Source: Nanobdellota archaeon
Lineage (GTDB): Archaea > Nanobdellota > Nanobdellia > Woesearchaeales > JAHJEM01
NCBI GenBank assembly: GCA_043825215.1
Contig: JBDRSD010000063.1
Coordinates: forward strand, 1 to 55,754
DNA length: 55,754 bases
Direction of reading: 5' to 3'
The notes under the pieces are model-generated. The model saw only the letters and a list, made by a program, of their open reading frames with translations, was not told where the DNA came from and searched no databases. Below, in pieces: positions 8,857 through 17,371 of this stretch. The translations under genes were made by a program, and so were the position numbers. Numbering within the stretch: position 1 is the stretch's first letter; each line of letters begins with the position of its first letter.

Positions 8857-9276
8857 ATGGCTCTCGAAATTTGGATATCTGCGGTTGGAACGTTTTTTGC
8901 AGGAATTGGACTTTTTCTCAATTGGCATGCAATAAGAGAAGAAAATAAAACAAGGACAGCTCAGATATTTATCGATTCATTCGAAAGGATAATTAAAGTC
9001 GAAAAATCACTGTACACTGATTTCGATATAAAGTCAGTAAACCAGAAAAAAGAATGGGATAGCCTTTTGTTTAATTCTATTGAATTATTCGCAATCATGG
9101 TTAATACCAAAATGATTAAAGATAAACCCATGAGAACTTTTTTCGATGATGCAATAGTTCGATGGTATGAAGAGATTTTTTTAAAATTCCACGAAGATGA
9201 GGTTAATGAAGGAAAGATGTATCCTGAATTTAAAAAATTATACCACTCCATAAAAAGTGAGCAACTAAAAAAATGA
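8857..9276 (+). CDS. hypothetical protein with N-terminal membrane anchor
   Basis: hydrophobic N-terminus followed by a helical domain. Confidence 0.65.
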   Translation: MALEIWISAVGTFFAGIGLFLNWHAIREENKTRTAQIFIDSFERIIKVEKSLYTDFDIKSVNQKKEWDSLLFNSIELFAIMVNTKMIKDKPMRTFFDDAIVRWYEEIFLKFHEDEVNEGKMYPEFKKLYHSIKSEQLKK

Positions 9277-9302
9277 GCAAGTGACTTCGGAGGTATTTCA
9301 AC

Positions 9303-9449
9303 ATGAGACGGTTTAAGAATGGTGCAACTCATATAAGACCTCAGGAACCTGTAATCATATCTGGATTATGTCCTGTGTGCCAAAGAGCAAAGCCGACACA
9401 TGAAGATGGTCTATGCGACTATTGCCATCTTAAGAGATTTACACATTAA
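9303..9449 (+). CDS. zinc-finger microprotein, 48 aa
   Basis: ggaggt RBS; CPVC...CDYC; not in the ORF track. Confidence 0.55.
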   Translation: MRRFKNGATHIRPQEPVIISGLCPVCQRAKPTHEDGLCDYCHLKRFTH

Positions 9450-9528
9450 TTTTTTGCTCATTTTGTTGGGAATGCAAGTATATTTACCTTTCCCGTCCCT
9501 TGGGGCGGTTGGGTAATTGATTTAAAGT

Positions 9529-9798
9529 TCACAATTCCATTTTCTTCTCAACCTTCTTGCCAAGACTTGTTTTTTGGTAGATGCGTCCAGTCTTCTCGTT
9601 TGGATTGATGGTTTCCACTAGACCTTTTTCTTTCAGCTCCTTGAGTGCTCTGGATACAAGGTTGAAGTAGGTGTTGCTTGATTTACCGTACATTTTCTTT
9701 GTCACTTCTGATGGCATCATTGGCTTGTCAAGGGCTTTGAATATTTGCAGTCGATTCTTACCCCTCCTGACATAACCCACTAGTTCCAACAAGTTCAT
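9529..9798 (-). CDS. winged-helix regulator (ArsR/MarR-like)
   Basis: PMMPSEVTK..VSRALKELKEKGLVE..GRIYQKTSLG. Confidence 0.85.
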   Translation of the reverse strand: MNLLELVGYVRRGKNRLQIFKALDKPMMPSEVTKKMYGKSSNTYFNLVSRALKELKEKGLVETINPNEKTGRIYQKTSLGKKVEKKMEL

Positions 9799-9943
9799 AG
9801 CAATTTATAAACGAATTGAGTTTAAGAAGCAAATTCAACAATCTATTAGCAAATTACCAACAAAAAACCGAAAAATATAAATAGGATGTCACGAAAAAAG
9901 GAAGTAAGTCAATAGTTAGAAAAAATAAATTGGGGGGAAATAT

Positions 9944-10279
9944 ATGGCAAGAACTACTGAGTTTGTTCTAGGGTTGATTGGAGGAATCGTTGGATTCATC
10001 GGAGCAATAATCGCCATGTTTGTCGGAGGTCTTGGCGGTGCATTTGGAGCGAAAGGAGCATCAACCATTGTAACGCTTGGTTGGGTTGCCATCCTATTTG
10101 CAATTATTGGAATAGTTGGAGCTGCTCTTGTAAAATCAAAGACAAAACTTGGCGGTTGGTTCATGCTTGTCAGTGCAATAGGTGGTTTGATAGCAGTCAG
10201 CTTTGCCTATGCACTTGCGTTCGTTCTTCTCCTCATTGCAGGTCTTATGGCTGTACTGAAGAAGGGGGATAAAAAATGA
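9944..10279 (+). CDS. small multi-pass membrane protein (DUF4064-like)
   Basis: RTTEFVLGLIGGIVG start; 3-4 hydrophobic helices. Confidence 0.75.
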   Translation: MARTTEFVLGLIGGIVGFIGAIIAMFVGGLGGAFGAKGASTIVTLGWVAILFAIIGIVGAALVKSKTKLGGWFMLVSAIGGLIAVSFAYALAFVLLLIAGLMAVLKKGDKK

Positions 10280-10830
10280 GAATGCAATATGCCTTTCTTT
10301 TTTTTGTCCTTTTTTTCAGCATAGCATTATACGGATGTACATCCGAACAAGGAACAACAGCGAGCACGAAAGATGATGCTCAAGTGGACAAAAAAAGCAA
10401 TGAACAGGTTCAAAGCGCAATACTTTCAACTGCTCGAAAAGCAGAAGTCATGGATGTTGCAAAAAACTGGGATGAAGACTTGGCTGATGATGGTCTAATA
10501 ATATATCCAGAATTGAGGGACGAAAATGACAGCACTGTCGAGTTTGAAGGAGTAACCCTAAAAGTGGATATGGAAATCTGGACAACAAAACTTAACGATA
10601 ATTTTAAGGAAGTAAAAATCAGAAAAATCTACAGCGGTTCAGGGACAATCGATAACTGGAGAGATGGTAACTTCATGTATGATGGCGGCATAAAAATTCC
10701 ATTCGAAGACATTAAAGCTGTAGAATCGGATAGCGACCATGGATTATTGCTTATCAAAATATACGCCAATAATAAGACTTACGAAGCTAAAAGCACAATG
10801 GGTGTAAGAATAAAACCTGAAGCAGAATAA
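10276..10830 (+). CDS. putative lipoprotein
   Basis: signal peptide ending in LYGC. Confidence 0.7.
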   Translation: MRMQYAFLFFVLFFSIALYGCTSEQGTTASTKDDAQVDKKSNEQVQSAILSTARKAEVMDVAKNWDEDLADDGLIIYPELRDENDSTVEFEGVTLKVDMEIWTTKLNDNFKEVKIRKIYSGSGTIDNWRDGNFMYDGGIKIPFEDIKAVESDSDHGLLLIKIYANNKTYEAKSTMGVRIKPEAE

Positions 10831-10853
10831 ATTAATGAAACGAGGAACGAAAA

Positions 10854-11543
10854 ATGAACTCAAAATATTTTGTCATAATCTTTCTTGGTCTTGCGTTTGT
10901 ATTTCTTTCAGCTTGTTCATCTCAAACTGTTTACAAATTTCAATGTTCTGACGGTACGTTCGTCGACACTGCCAGTAAATGCTCTTTAGCAAACGTTGCC
11001 GAACTCTCCAATGAACCAATTAACTGTTCAGCTTGTCCCGTAAAAACAGAAACGAAAGTTGAAACAAACACGGTAACAGAGAAGATTTATGTCTGCTCAG
11101 ATATGCGGGAAGTAAAGACTGCAAACGACTGCAAAAGCACCGAACAAAAAGCAATAGAATCTTCAAGCGATAATCTTGTCCTAACTATTAATAGTGCACG
11201 TACTGCAAGAGCCATCGGAGACTATTCAATGGAAACTCTTAAGTCGGATGAACAATATGTAATAGTCGATTTCACTATCTACAACAAGGAACTTGAAGAT
11301 GGATACGAATTCAATCCCAACTGGGTACTCCTTGAAGATAGCAAGGGGTATAGTTACAGCTATTCGTGGAACAGTCCAAATTTACCAAAATATTGGGGAG
11401 GAATGGCTGGCGTAACTGTTGAATATCAACAGAAAAAGAGCGGAGAATTAGCTTTTGTTGTGCCTAAGACTGAAAAGAAGTTTACATTAATTGTTAAAGA
11501 CTTTACTGGAGTAAATGGCAAAAAAACATTTACACTAACTTAA
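10854..11543 (+). CDS. lipoprotein with Cys motifs and DUF4352-like Ig domain
   Basis: LSAC lipobox; CSDG..C; YVIVDFTIYN..LEDSKGYSY..SGELAFVVPK. Confidence 0.75.
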   Translation: MNSKYFVIIFLGLAFVFLSACSSQTVYKFQCSDGTFVDTASKCSLANVAELSNEPINCSACPVKTETKVETNTVTEKIYVCSDMREVKTANDCKSTEQKAIESSSDNLVLTINSARTARAIGDYSMETLKSDEQYVIVDFTIYNKELEDGYEFNPNWVLLEDSKGYSYSYSWNSPNLPKYWGGMAGVTVEYQQKKSGELAFVVPKTEKKFTLIVKDFTGVNGKKTFTLT

Positions 11544-11562
11544 CGAAAATAGAAAGGAAACC

Positions 11563-11955
11563 ATGAAAAAGTGCTCACAATGCGGAAAAGAACTGAAAGC
11601 ATTTGAATCAAAAGAGAAATTTAAGGACAATACTTTCATGTGCAAGATTTGTTTTGAGAGTTGGAAAAAAGACCAATCCCACGAACAAGAAGCATCAAGA
11701 AAAGACAACATCAGTAAAGCATTGCAGAAAAATTCACAATGGGAATATCGACTAATAACAGTCGAGACAGATAGAAGCAGCTTTGTTGCATCGAACGTTA
11801 AGCTTACGAAAGTCGAGGATACCCTGAATAAACTAGGTGAAGAAGGCTGGGAGCTAGTGGCTGCAATAGGACTTCAAGCTATCTCTGCTGGATTAAGCGT
11901 TCATTCACCAGGAACTACCACTAACGTATCCTTTGTTTTCAAACGAAAGGTGTAG
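11563..11955 (+). CDS. zinc ribbon plus DUF4177-like domain protein
   Basis: CSQC..CKIC; WEYR..LNKLGEEGWELV..FVFKR. Confidence 0.8.
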   Translation: MKKCSQCGKELKAFESKEKFKDNTFMCKICFESWKKDQSHEQEASRKDNISKALQKNSQWEYRLITVETDRSSFVASNVKLTKVEDTLNKLGEEGWELVAAIGLQAISAGLSVHSPGTTTNVSFVFKRKV

Positions 11956-12695
11956 CCAAACGTATTTTTTTATCCATAACCGACAGCGAAGCTGGCGGAC
12001 AATAACAGGGTGGGTGGGGTGGGATTCAATATCATCACACCCGTTCTCCATCAGACCTTTACCTTTTGGTCTTCTTTGTATAACTTTGCTGGTGGACATT
12101 GTTTTTCAGAGAGGGGTTGCTTCTGTAACGTGATGCTCATTTTCACATTTCGTTTTGTTTTATGGAATACAAATTCTTGATTGTCTACTGGAACTTTGTC
12201 AGGGTAACAAAATTCAATTATACCGTGGTAATCAGGGAAGTTCAGGGTATTCCCGTCTTCAATTACATAATCCCAAATTCAACAATGCCAATTACAATTA
12301 CACAGTTTCTCCTGGAATAACAATATTGAAATTGAACAGCATCTAACGTCTGCAAAATATAGTTCTACCTACAGAAATCTATTAATAGTCGAGCATCTAG
12401 TCTGAATGAAATCCGTTTTGTTATTTTTGGTCATCGACGATAAACCAGTTTTTTTACATTTAAATCAAGTGCACAACAATGCATTGCAATCATCGATTGC
12501 TTCCACTTCTCCACTCTTAATTAACATTCTTGTTACACTTTTTTATGGCAACATTGCTAAAAATATCGATACATTTGAGTGTATATTGTTTGATTGTTTC
12601 CACTATTCATTGTTTGATTCTTTGAGTGGAGCAATGGTTGAGTGTTGATAATCGATGCAAACTAGCTAAAGCAATGGAACCATGGAGGAAGGAAG

Positions 12696-14039
12696 ATGAC
12701 GCAAACAAGTGAACTACAATATGAATATGGGTTTTATACCCCCTGGCTGAATATGCAAGACTTTCCAAAGGAACTGGAAATTGTCAGAAGAAAGTTTCCA
12801 ATGGAAGATGAAGAAGTACAATTCAATCTGGTAATGTTTGCAGTGAACCTAGAGTCTGGAGCAAAGGCAGTATCTCGGAGTGCAGGTTGGTTTGCTGATA
12901 AAAATCCAAGCGGAATCCATTGGCACACCTATCAAGCTTCTAAACGAGCTCAAAAAGTTCTGGAATGTGGTAAATACATTACGATAGAATTGGGACAACG
13001 CTCAGAACATAAATCATCGATTCTTCATCCTTTGCCTGATTTTTATGAACTCTTTGGGAATACAGCGGTTATCGAAGGACGACACATCGATGTAAGCACG
13101 AATCCAAATGCAATCATCCACTATAACAAGAAGAGAAAAGGAGAGAAATATCTTCCGTTAAGTGCAACTGAACATGATATTCGAATTCGTCAACTAACCA
13201 AACCATATCAGTATAGACAAGGAGACATCATTAATATCATCCCTGCAACCAGATATGACTTAGCCATAAGACAAGTATTGAGGGAAATGAGGGAACTCAA
13301 TGAAAAATATTTTTCTCAAATCGAACTTGGCTTCAGGATAAAAGAATACAATGGCGTGATAGCTACGAAGGTTAAGCTGACAAGGGTGCTGAGTGCGTAT
13401 GATGATGGAGTGTGTGGTGGTGGACGACTCTATCAGCGGAAGGCATCGTCATATCAAGATATTCCTTCGGATGAGCGGAATTTTATGACAATCAATGGAC
13501 AATCCACTGCAGAGGTCGATATTTCATCGATGCATTTGATATTACCTTATGCTCGGGTGGAGCATCAACCAGAAGGTGATTTGTATAATCCGATTTCTCA
13601 GGAGTTATTCGGAGAAATTAATCAACAGTATAGGGATGTTGTGAAAGAGCCATCCATCATCCTTTTGAATTGTACGGATAAAGACCAATTCCAAGGAGCA
13701 ATCGAGAAATATGATAAAAATAAGCATGCTGTCTGTGAGAATTATAAAGTTCTTATGGAGCACAAGATAACGGGAAGAAAATTCATTCAGGCATTCAGAA
13801 AGGTTCATCCCAGATTAGAGCGTTTTATTCTCTCTGGAATTGGGCTTGATTTGCAGTATGACGATAGCTGCATAATGGTAAACATTCTGTTTCGTCTGTT
13901 TGAAGAAGGGATTCTTGCTCTACCCCTTCATGATTCAATTATCTGTCAAGTGGGGATGGAGCAGAGAGTAAAACAAATCATTGAGGAAGAGTTCCACAGG
14001 TACACTGGATTTTATTGTAGAACAAAAATTGAGCGTTAA
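12696..14039 (+). CDS. family A DNA polymerase / T7 RNA polymerase-like palm-domain protein (putative replication protein)
   Basis: GGRLY, motif A-like TAEVDISSMHL, motif B-like RDVVK, motif C-like LPLHDSII; ggagg RBS. Confidence 0.7.
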   Translation: MTQTSELQYEYGFYTPWLNMQDFPKELEIVRRKFPMEDEEVQFNLVMFAVNLESGAKAVSRSAGWFADKNPSGIHWHTYQASKRAQKVLECGKYITIELGQRSEHKSSILHPLPDFYELFGNTAVIEGRHIDVSTNPNAIIHYNKKRKGEKYLPLSATEHDIRIRQLTKPYQYRQGDIINIIPATRYDLAIRQVLREMRELNEKYFSQIELGFRIKEYNGVIATKVKLTRVLSAYDDGVCGGGRLYQRKASSYQDIPSDERNFMTINGQSTAEVDISSMHLILPYARVEHQPEGDLYNPISQELFGEINQQYRDVVKEPSIILLNCTDKDQFQGAIEKYDKNKHAVCENYKVLMEHKITGRKFIQAFRKVHPRLERFILSGIGLDLQYDDSCIMVNILFRLFEEGILALPLHDSIICQVGMEQRVKQIIEEEFHRYTGFYCRTKIER

Positions 14040-14245
14040 GAATTTTGTAATCTTTTTTGTAATGTTTTTTTTTATTCTGTTTTTTGTTATTATTTTTTAT
14101 GATTTCTCTTTCTTTTCTTTCTTATTTTTCTCCTTTTTGTTAGTGGCGGAAGACACACACGCCGCCACTTATCATTACAGAGCAGTTCATATAACTTGTT
14201 CCACCCAATCAAAAACCCATCAGAGCATTATCTGTTCCACCCTCT
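14040..14245 (+). other. candidate replication origin or terminator region of the element
   Basis: ~100 nt T-rich tract, GC hairpin agtggcgg/ccgccact (14142-14169), two cagagca...tgttccaccc repeats. Confidence 0.45.
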
Positions 14246-14287
14246 AACTATTGGAGCAATTCTTGCTCTCCCTCTCTTACCAACCAA

Positions 14288-15191
14288 TCATCGTATTATC
14301 TGCCACAGCTGAGCTAGCTTCTTCATATCCTCCTTTTCTCTCATGTCGTCTTTAAGGTTCTTCTCGAATACCTTATCCATTGACATATCCAAATCATTCT
14401 GAGAGGAATGGATGTATACTTGCGTACTTTTTATTGACGTATGTCTAGCTAACTTCTGAGCCACTATGGGGTCTTTTGTTCCCTTGTAAACTCTTGTTAT
14501 GAAATAGTGTCGGAGTGAATGCGTTGTCAGTCGGTAGAGCTTCCTGCTTTGTTTAACATAGCTTTCCTCGCTACGTCCATAATTCTCATTCATTCCTGAC
14601 AATACACAGACGTCCCTGAACGTATTTCTAAGCCAATGTGGACTAATATGTTCTTCCCTATTCCAATCACTCTCTGAGTAGAGAATGTGTCCAGAATGGG
14701 CTTGTATTGCGTTTAGGTGCAAGTCTACCCACGTCTTAAGAGGTTGATATATTTCGTCGTGAAGATAGAGGGTATCACCTGTTCTTGCTTTCTCAGTCAA
14801 TACATGGATTTTCCTTCTGGGGAAGTCGATATCATCCAATCGAATCTTGACTACTTCACCCACTCTCAACCCAAGATTAGCCATTAACCGATAAGCCATA
14901 TTTGCCTTGGGATTCAGGCAATAGGAAAGGAACGTCCTCAGTTCTTCATCAGTGAATCCCTTGTTAATATTCCCGTACTTCGGATTCTTCGGTTTCTTGA
15001 ACTTCTTTCTCATCATTTCCTGTACTGCTCCTTGTATTTCTTCAAGCCGATGTTTTGGTAGCATCCCTAAGAATTCCTTGCTAATCAAATATTGGAAGTT
15101 TTCGTACCCTGTACCTGAACCCGAATCTGTTAAAGAAATCTCATTTGACGACGATAAAACTGCGTGAGGGGAACAGATGAGTCCGACGGGA
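14288..15191 (-). CDS. tyrosine integrase, Int(C) fragment (internal Met at 15064)
   Basis: GLRVGE, TEKAR, HSLRH, ARH, TQVY catalytic residues; frame open up to and through the att core. Confidence 0.93.
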
Positions 15192-15295
15192 TTTGAACCC
15201 GCGGCCACTCGATTACTTCAACCGAAGGGCGAAGGATTGACGACGCCAGTCGGCAATAAGAGTCGAGTGCTCTAACCAGGCTGAGCTACGGACCC
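15178..15295 (-). tRNA. tRNA-Lys(CTT), 43-nt intron at 37/38 (15214-15256)
   Basis: GGGTCCG/CGGACTC acceptor stem, CTCGA anticodon stem, CT-CTT-A|A loop, GTTCAAATC T-loop. Confidence 0.95.
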
Positions 15296-15387
15296 GCTGT
15301 TATGTGTCCTGCAGCAAAGTGTGGTCGAGCGAAGCGAGCGCCGCACGCTTTTCGTCAACCTTTTTTGCAAAAGGTTGGTTGAGTTCG

Positions 15388-15413
15388 CTAACCAGGCTGA
15401 AGCTTTTGGACCC
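15388..15413 (-). repeat. decayed copy of tRNA-Lys(CTT) 5' end, upstream of the gene
   Basis: ctaaccaggctgaagcttttggaccc versus ctaaccaggctgagctacggaccc (15272-15295); TATA tttataaat about 25 nt further upstream. Confidence 0.75.
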
Positions 15414-15447
15414 ATTGTGGCAAAAAACTGCTGGTCATTTATAAATA

Positions 15448-16819
15448 TTACTTAACAAAACGGATAGTGACAGGTGTCTTTGGCCAATGATAAGATGTGC
15501 CGCGATATGTATATCCTTCCGAATGCTCAAGGAGCCCTTTCACCTTTTCCGGAGAGTTGCCGTCAGTAATCATCTGCAACCCTAACCTATACCGCTCAAT
15601 ACCTTTGCGAAACATCATCCTATTCTCATACCTGAACTGTTCCAGAAAAACCAAGTCTGAATCCCGCAAGGGAAACTGGAAATGCGTAGGATTGCCAAAA
15701 TGCAGGCTGTAGAGCGAGTCGATCATCCGAGCGAAAACCTCCATCGGATCCTCCATAATCCCAGAAGTTCCGTTAATCCCGCTCTCGTACTCAATATCTG
15801 CTCTGAATGCTGACAATTTCGCAGAACACGAGGAAACACTCCTCCTCATGGAATGCCAGACCGCCCAATCCTCCTGAGCATCTTTAACCTGGATAAACTC
15901 TTTCTTGACAACCTCCAACGGTTCAAGATATCGCACCCAATCATCATCTTCCTCGATTTTTCTCTCCAATCCCCGTATCCTAAGGCCAAAATACTTGTCA
16001 TGTGCCTTTGCATATGCCATCAGGACATCTCCACAGTACAGTTCAATATCCTGAAACACCGACGATCTCCCCACGAGCAACTCGTATTTTGCCGTGAGCA
16101 CTCTTCTCTCCCATGGATTTCCAATTGCTGATGAATCCACAGGCAGCTTTATCTTCATAAACGCATCTTGCAGGCTATCCAGGCTTTTCTGGATATACTT
16201 CCTTCGCCTCTTCAATTCAGACCTATTCTCAACATACCTAACAGACTTTTCATTCTCACGAGCATACTCTCCCATATCATCAAGCATGGTTGTATGATCA
16301 TCATATGCTGTCAAGAGTACCTGTATCAATCTCATCGTCCTCAGGTTCTCCCGGACAACCTGATCAGTCGCATAAAGCCTACGCAAGGAATCAAATTCAG
16401 ACCTTTGGTAAATCGATCCCATCTCGGCACTGATTTCACTAAAAGAAGGTCCCTGGTACCTGCTGGTAAAAATGATTCCCTGCGTCAAAAGAGTATCTGT
16501 CATGACATGGGCAAGTTCGTGATCAACTGCGTCAATGGCCTGCCCATCAAGGACATGTTCCCGTACCGGCAGACTCAATTCATCAGCGACAGGATCATAC
16601 AATCCAAAGGTGTCCACAAAACCAAGACGGTCAGCAAGAGACATCTCCCCCTGTTCCACAATCCTCACCTTTATACCCTGATCCTCAAATGCCGCCGCCA
16701 CCCAACTATCATGCTTTGCAAACTCCGCAACCAAGGGATCAGAAGCATCCTTTTGGCAAGCAGAACATGCCAGCGCTCCACCAAGAAGAACGGGAAGATA
16801 TGATCTCATGCTTTTCATG
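15448..16819 (-). CDS. secreted or lipid-anchored protein with HExxH zincin-like motif
   Basis: LLGGALAC signal, VDHELAH and PMEVFAR; start codon uncertain. Confidence 0.6.
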
Positions 16820-16934
16820 GTATGAAATTGCTCAATCCTTAACAATCTAGAAATCATTTTCAACTTATAAAGTTGGCGGATTTTTGAAAAGATACTGAAC
16901 ATTTAAAAACTTGCAATATTCTCTTCTACCTATT

Positions 16935-17085
16935 GCCGCAGTCGCATAACCTGAGTAATACGTGCCAACTCGCCGTGGCGTGGCGAAGCGGGCATTACGC
17001 AAGCGTAAGCCCACTTAGTGGTTGTTCTTTTGTGAAGTTTTAAAAATAAGCTGTATTCACTGTCTTCCTATGCCGCAGTCGCATA
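16935..17085 (+). repeat. two copies of the tRNA-Ser(CGA) 5' end
   Basis: gccgcagtcgcataacctg (16935-16953) and gccgcagtcgcata (17072-17085), each about 25 nt after a tttaaaaa box. Confidence 0.85.
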
Positions 17086-17137
17086 CGCATCGAACACGTT
17101 CGCTGGTCACGACAGCGCATGTATAAGAATTAATTTT

Positions 17138-17220
17138 GCCGCAGTCGCATAACCTGGTATTGCGTCAGTCTCGAAAACTGATTCCGTAAGGAATTCCCAG
17201 TTCAAATCTGGGCTGCGGCG
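17138..17220 (+). tRNA. tRNA-Ser(CGA), intronless
   Basis: GCCGCAG/CTGCGGC acceptor, TCAGT-CTCGAAA-ACTGA anticodon arm, long variable arm TTCC-GTAA-GGAA, G73. Confidence 0.95.
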
Positions 17221-17366
17221 TCATTAATTCTCGTAAGACATAGGAGGCGATATCTATAATTTGAACTGGGCATCGTGAACTCGTTCACGTTATGTCCAGT
17301 TCAAATCTACTTGCGAATTTTATTCGCAAATTGCCAGCAACGAAGTTGCTGAGCAGGGCTGCGGTG
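17221..17366 (+). mobile_element. 99-bp tRNA 3' mini-element, family A (Ser copy), duplicated 3' end interrupted by a 47-nt hairpin insert
   Basis: ccagttcaaatct at 17197 and 17296 (period 99); 17259-17308 is 45/50 identical to the reverse complement of 35461-35510. Confidence 0.75.
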
Positions 17367-17371
17367 TGTTT

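Larger units (their letters stand above)
4960..15191. mobile_element. ~10.2 kb integrative element in the tRNA-Lys(CTT) 3' end
   Basis: perfect 14-bp direct repeat tgagtccgacggga at 4960-4973 and 15178-15191; integrase at the tRNA-proximal end; AT-richer cargo. Confidence 0.9.

Noticed and set aside
11956-12695. Short ORFs upstream of the polymerase-like gene
   Set aside because: No motifs or RBS; only short repeats (attgtttgatt twice), so more likely regulatory DNA, but not supportable as a feature
4960-15191. Complete provirus or conjugative element
   Set aside because: No recognisable capsid, terminase or packaging ATPase, VirB4 or relaxase gene
15192-15208. GTG start of the 306 aa integrase ORF
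   Set aside because: It lies inside the tRNA variable loop/T arm with no RBS; the true N-terminus is better explained by the fragment at 5077 or the Met at 15064
16935-17366. Nanoarchaeum-type split tRNA halves
   Set aside because: An intact tRNA-Ser is present, the fragments do not add up to a full tRNA, and no long complementary leaders were found
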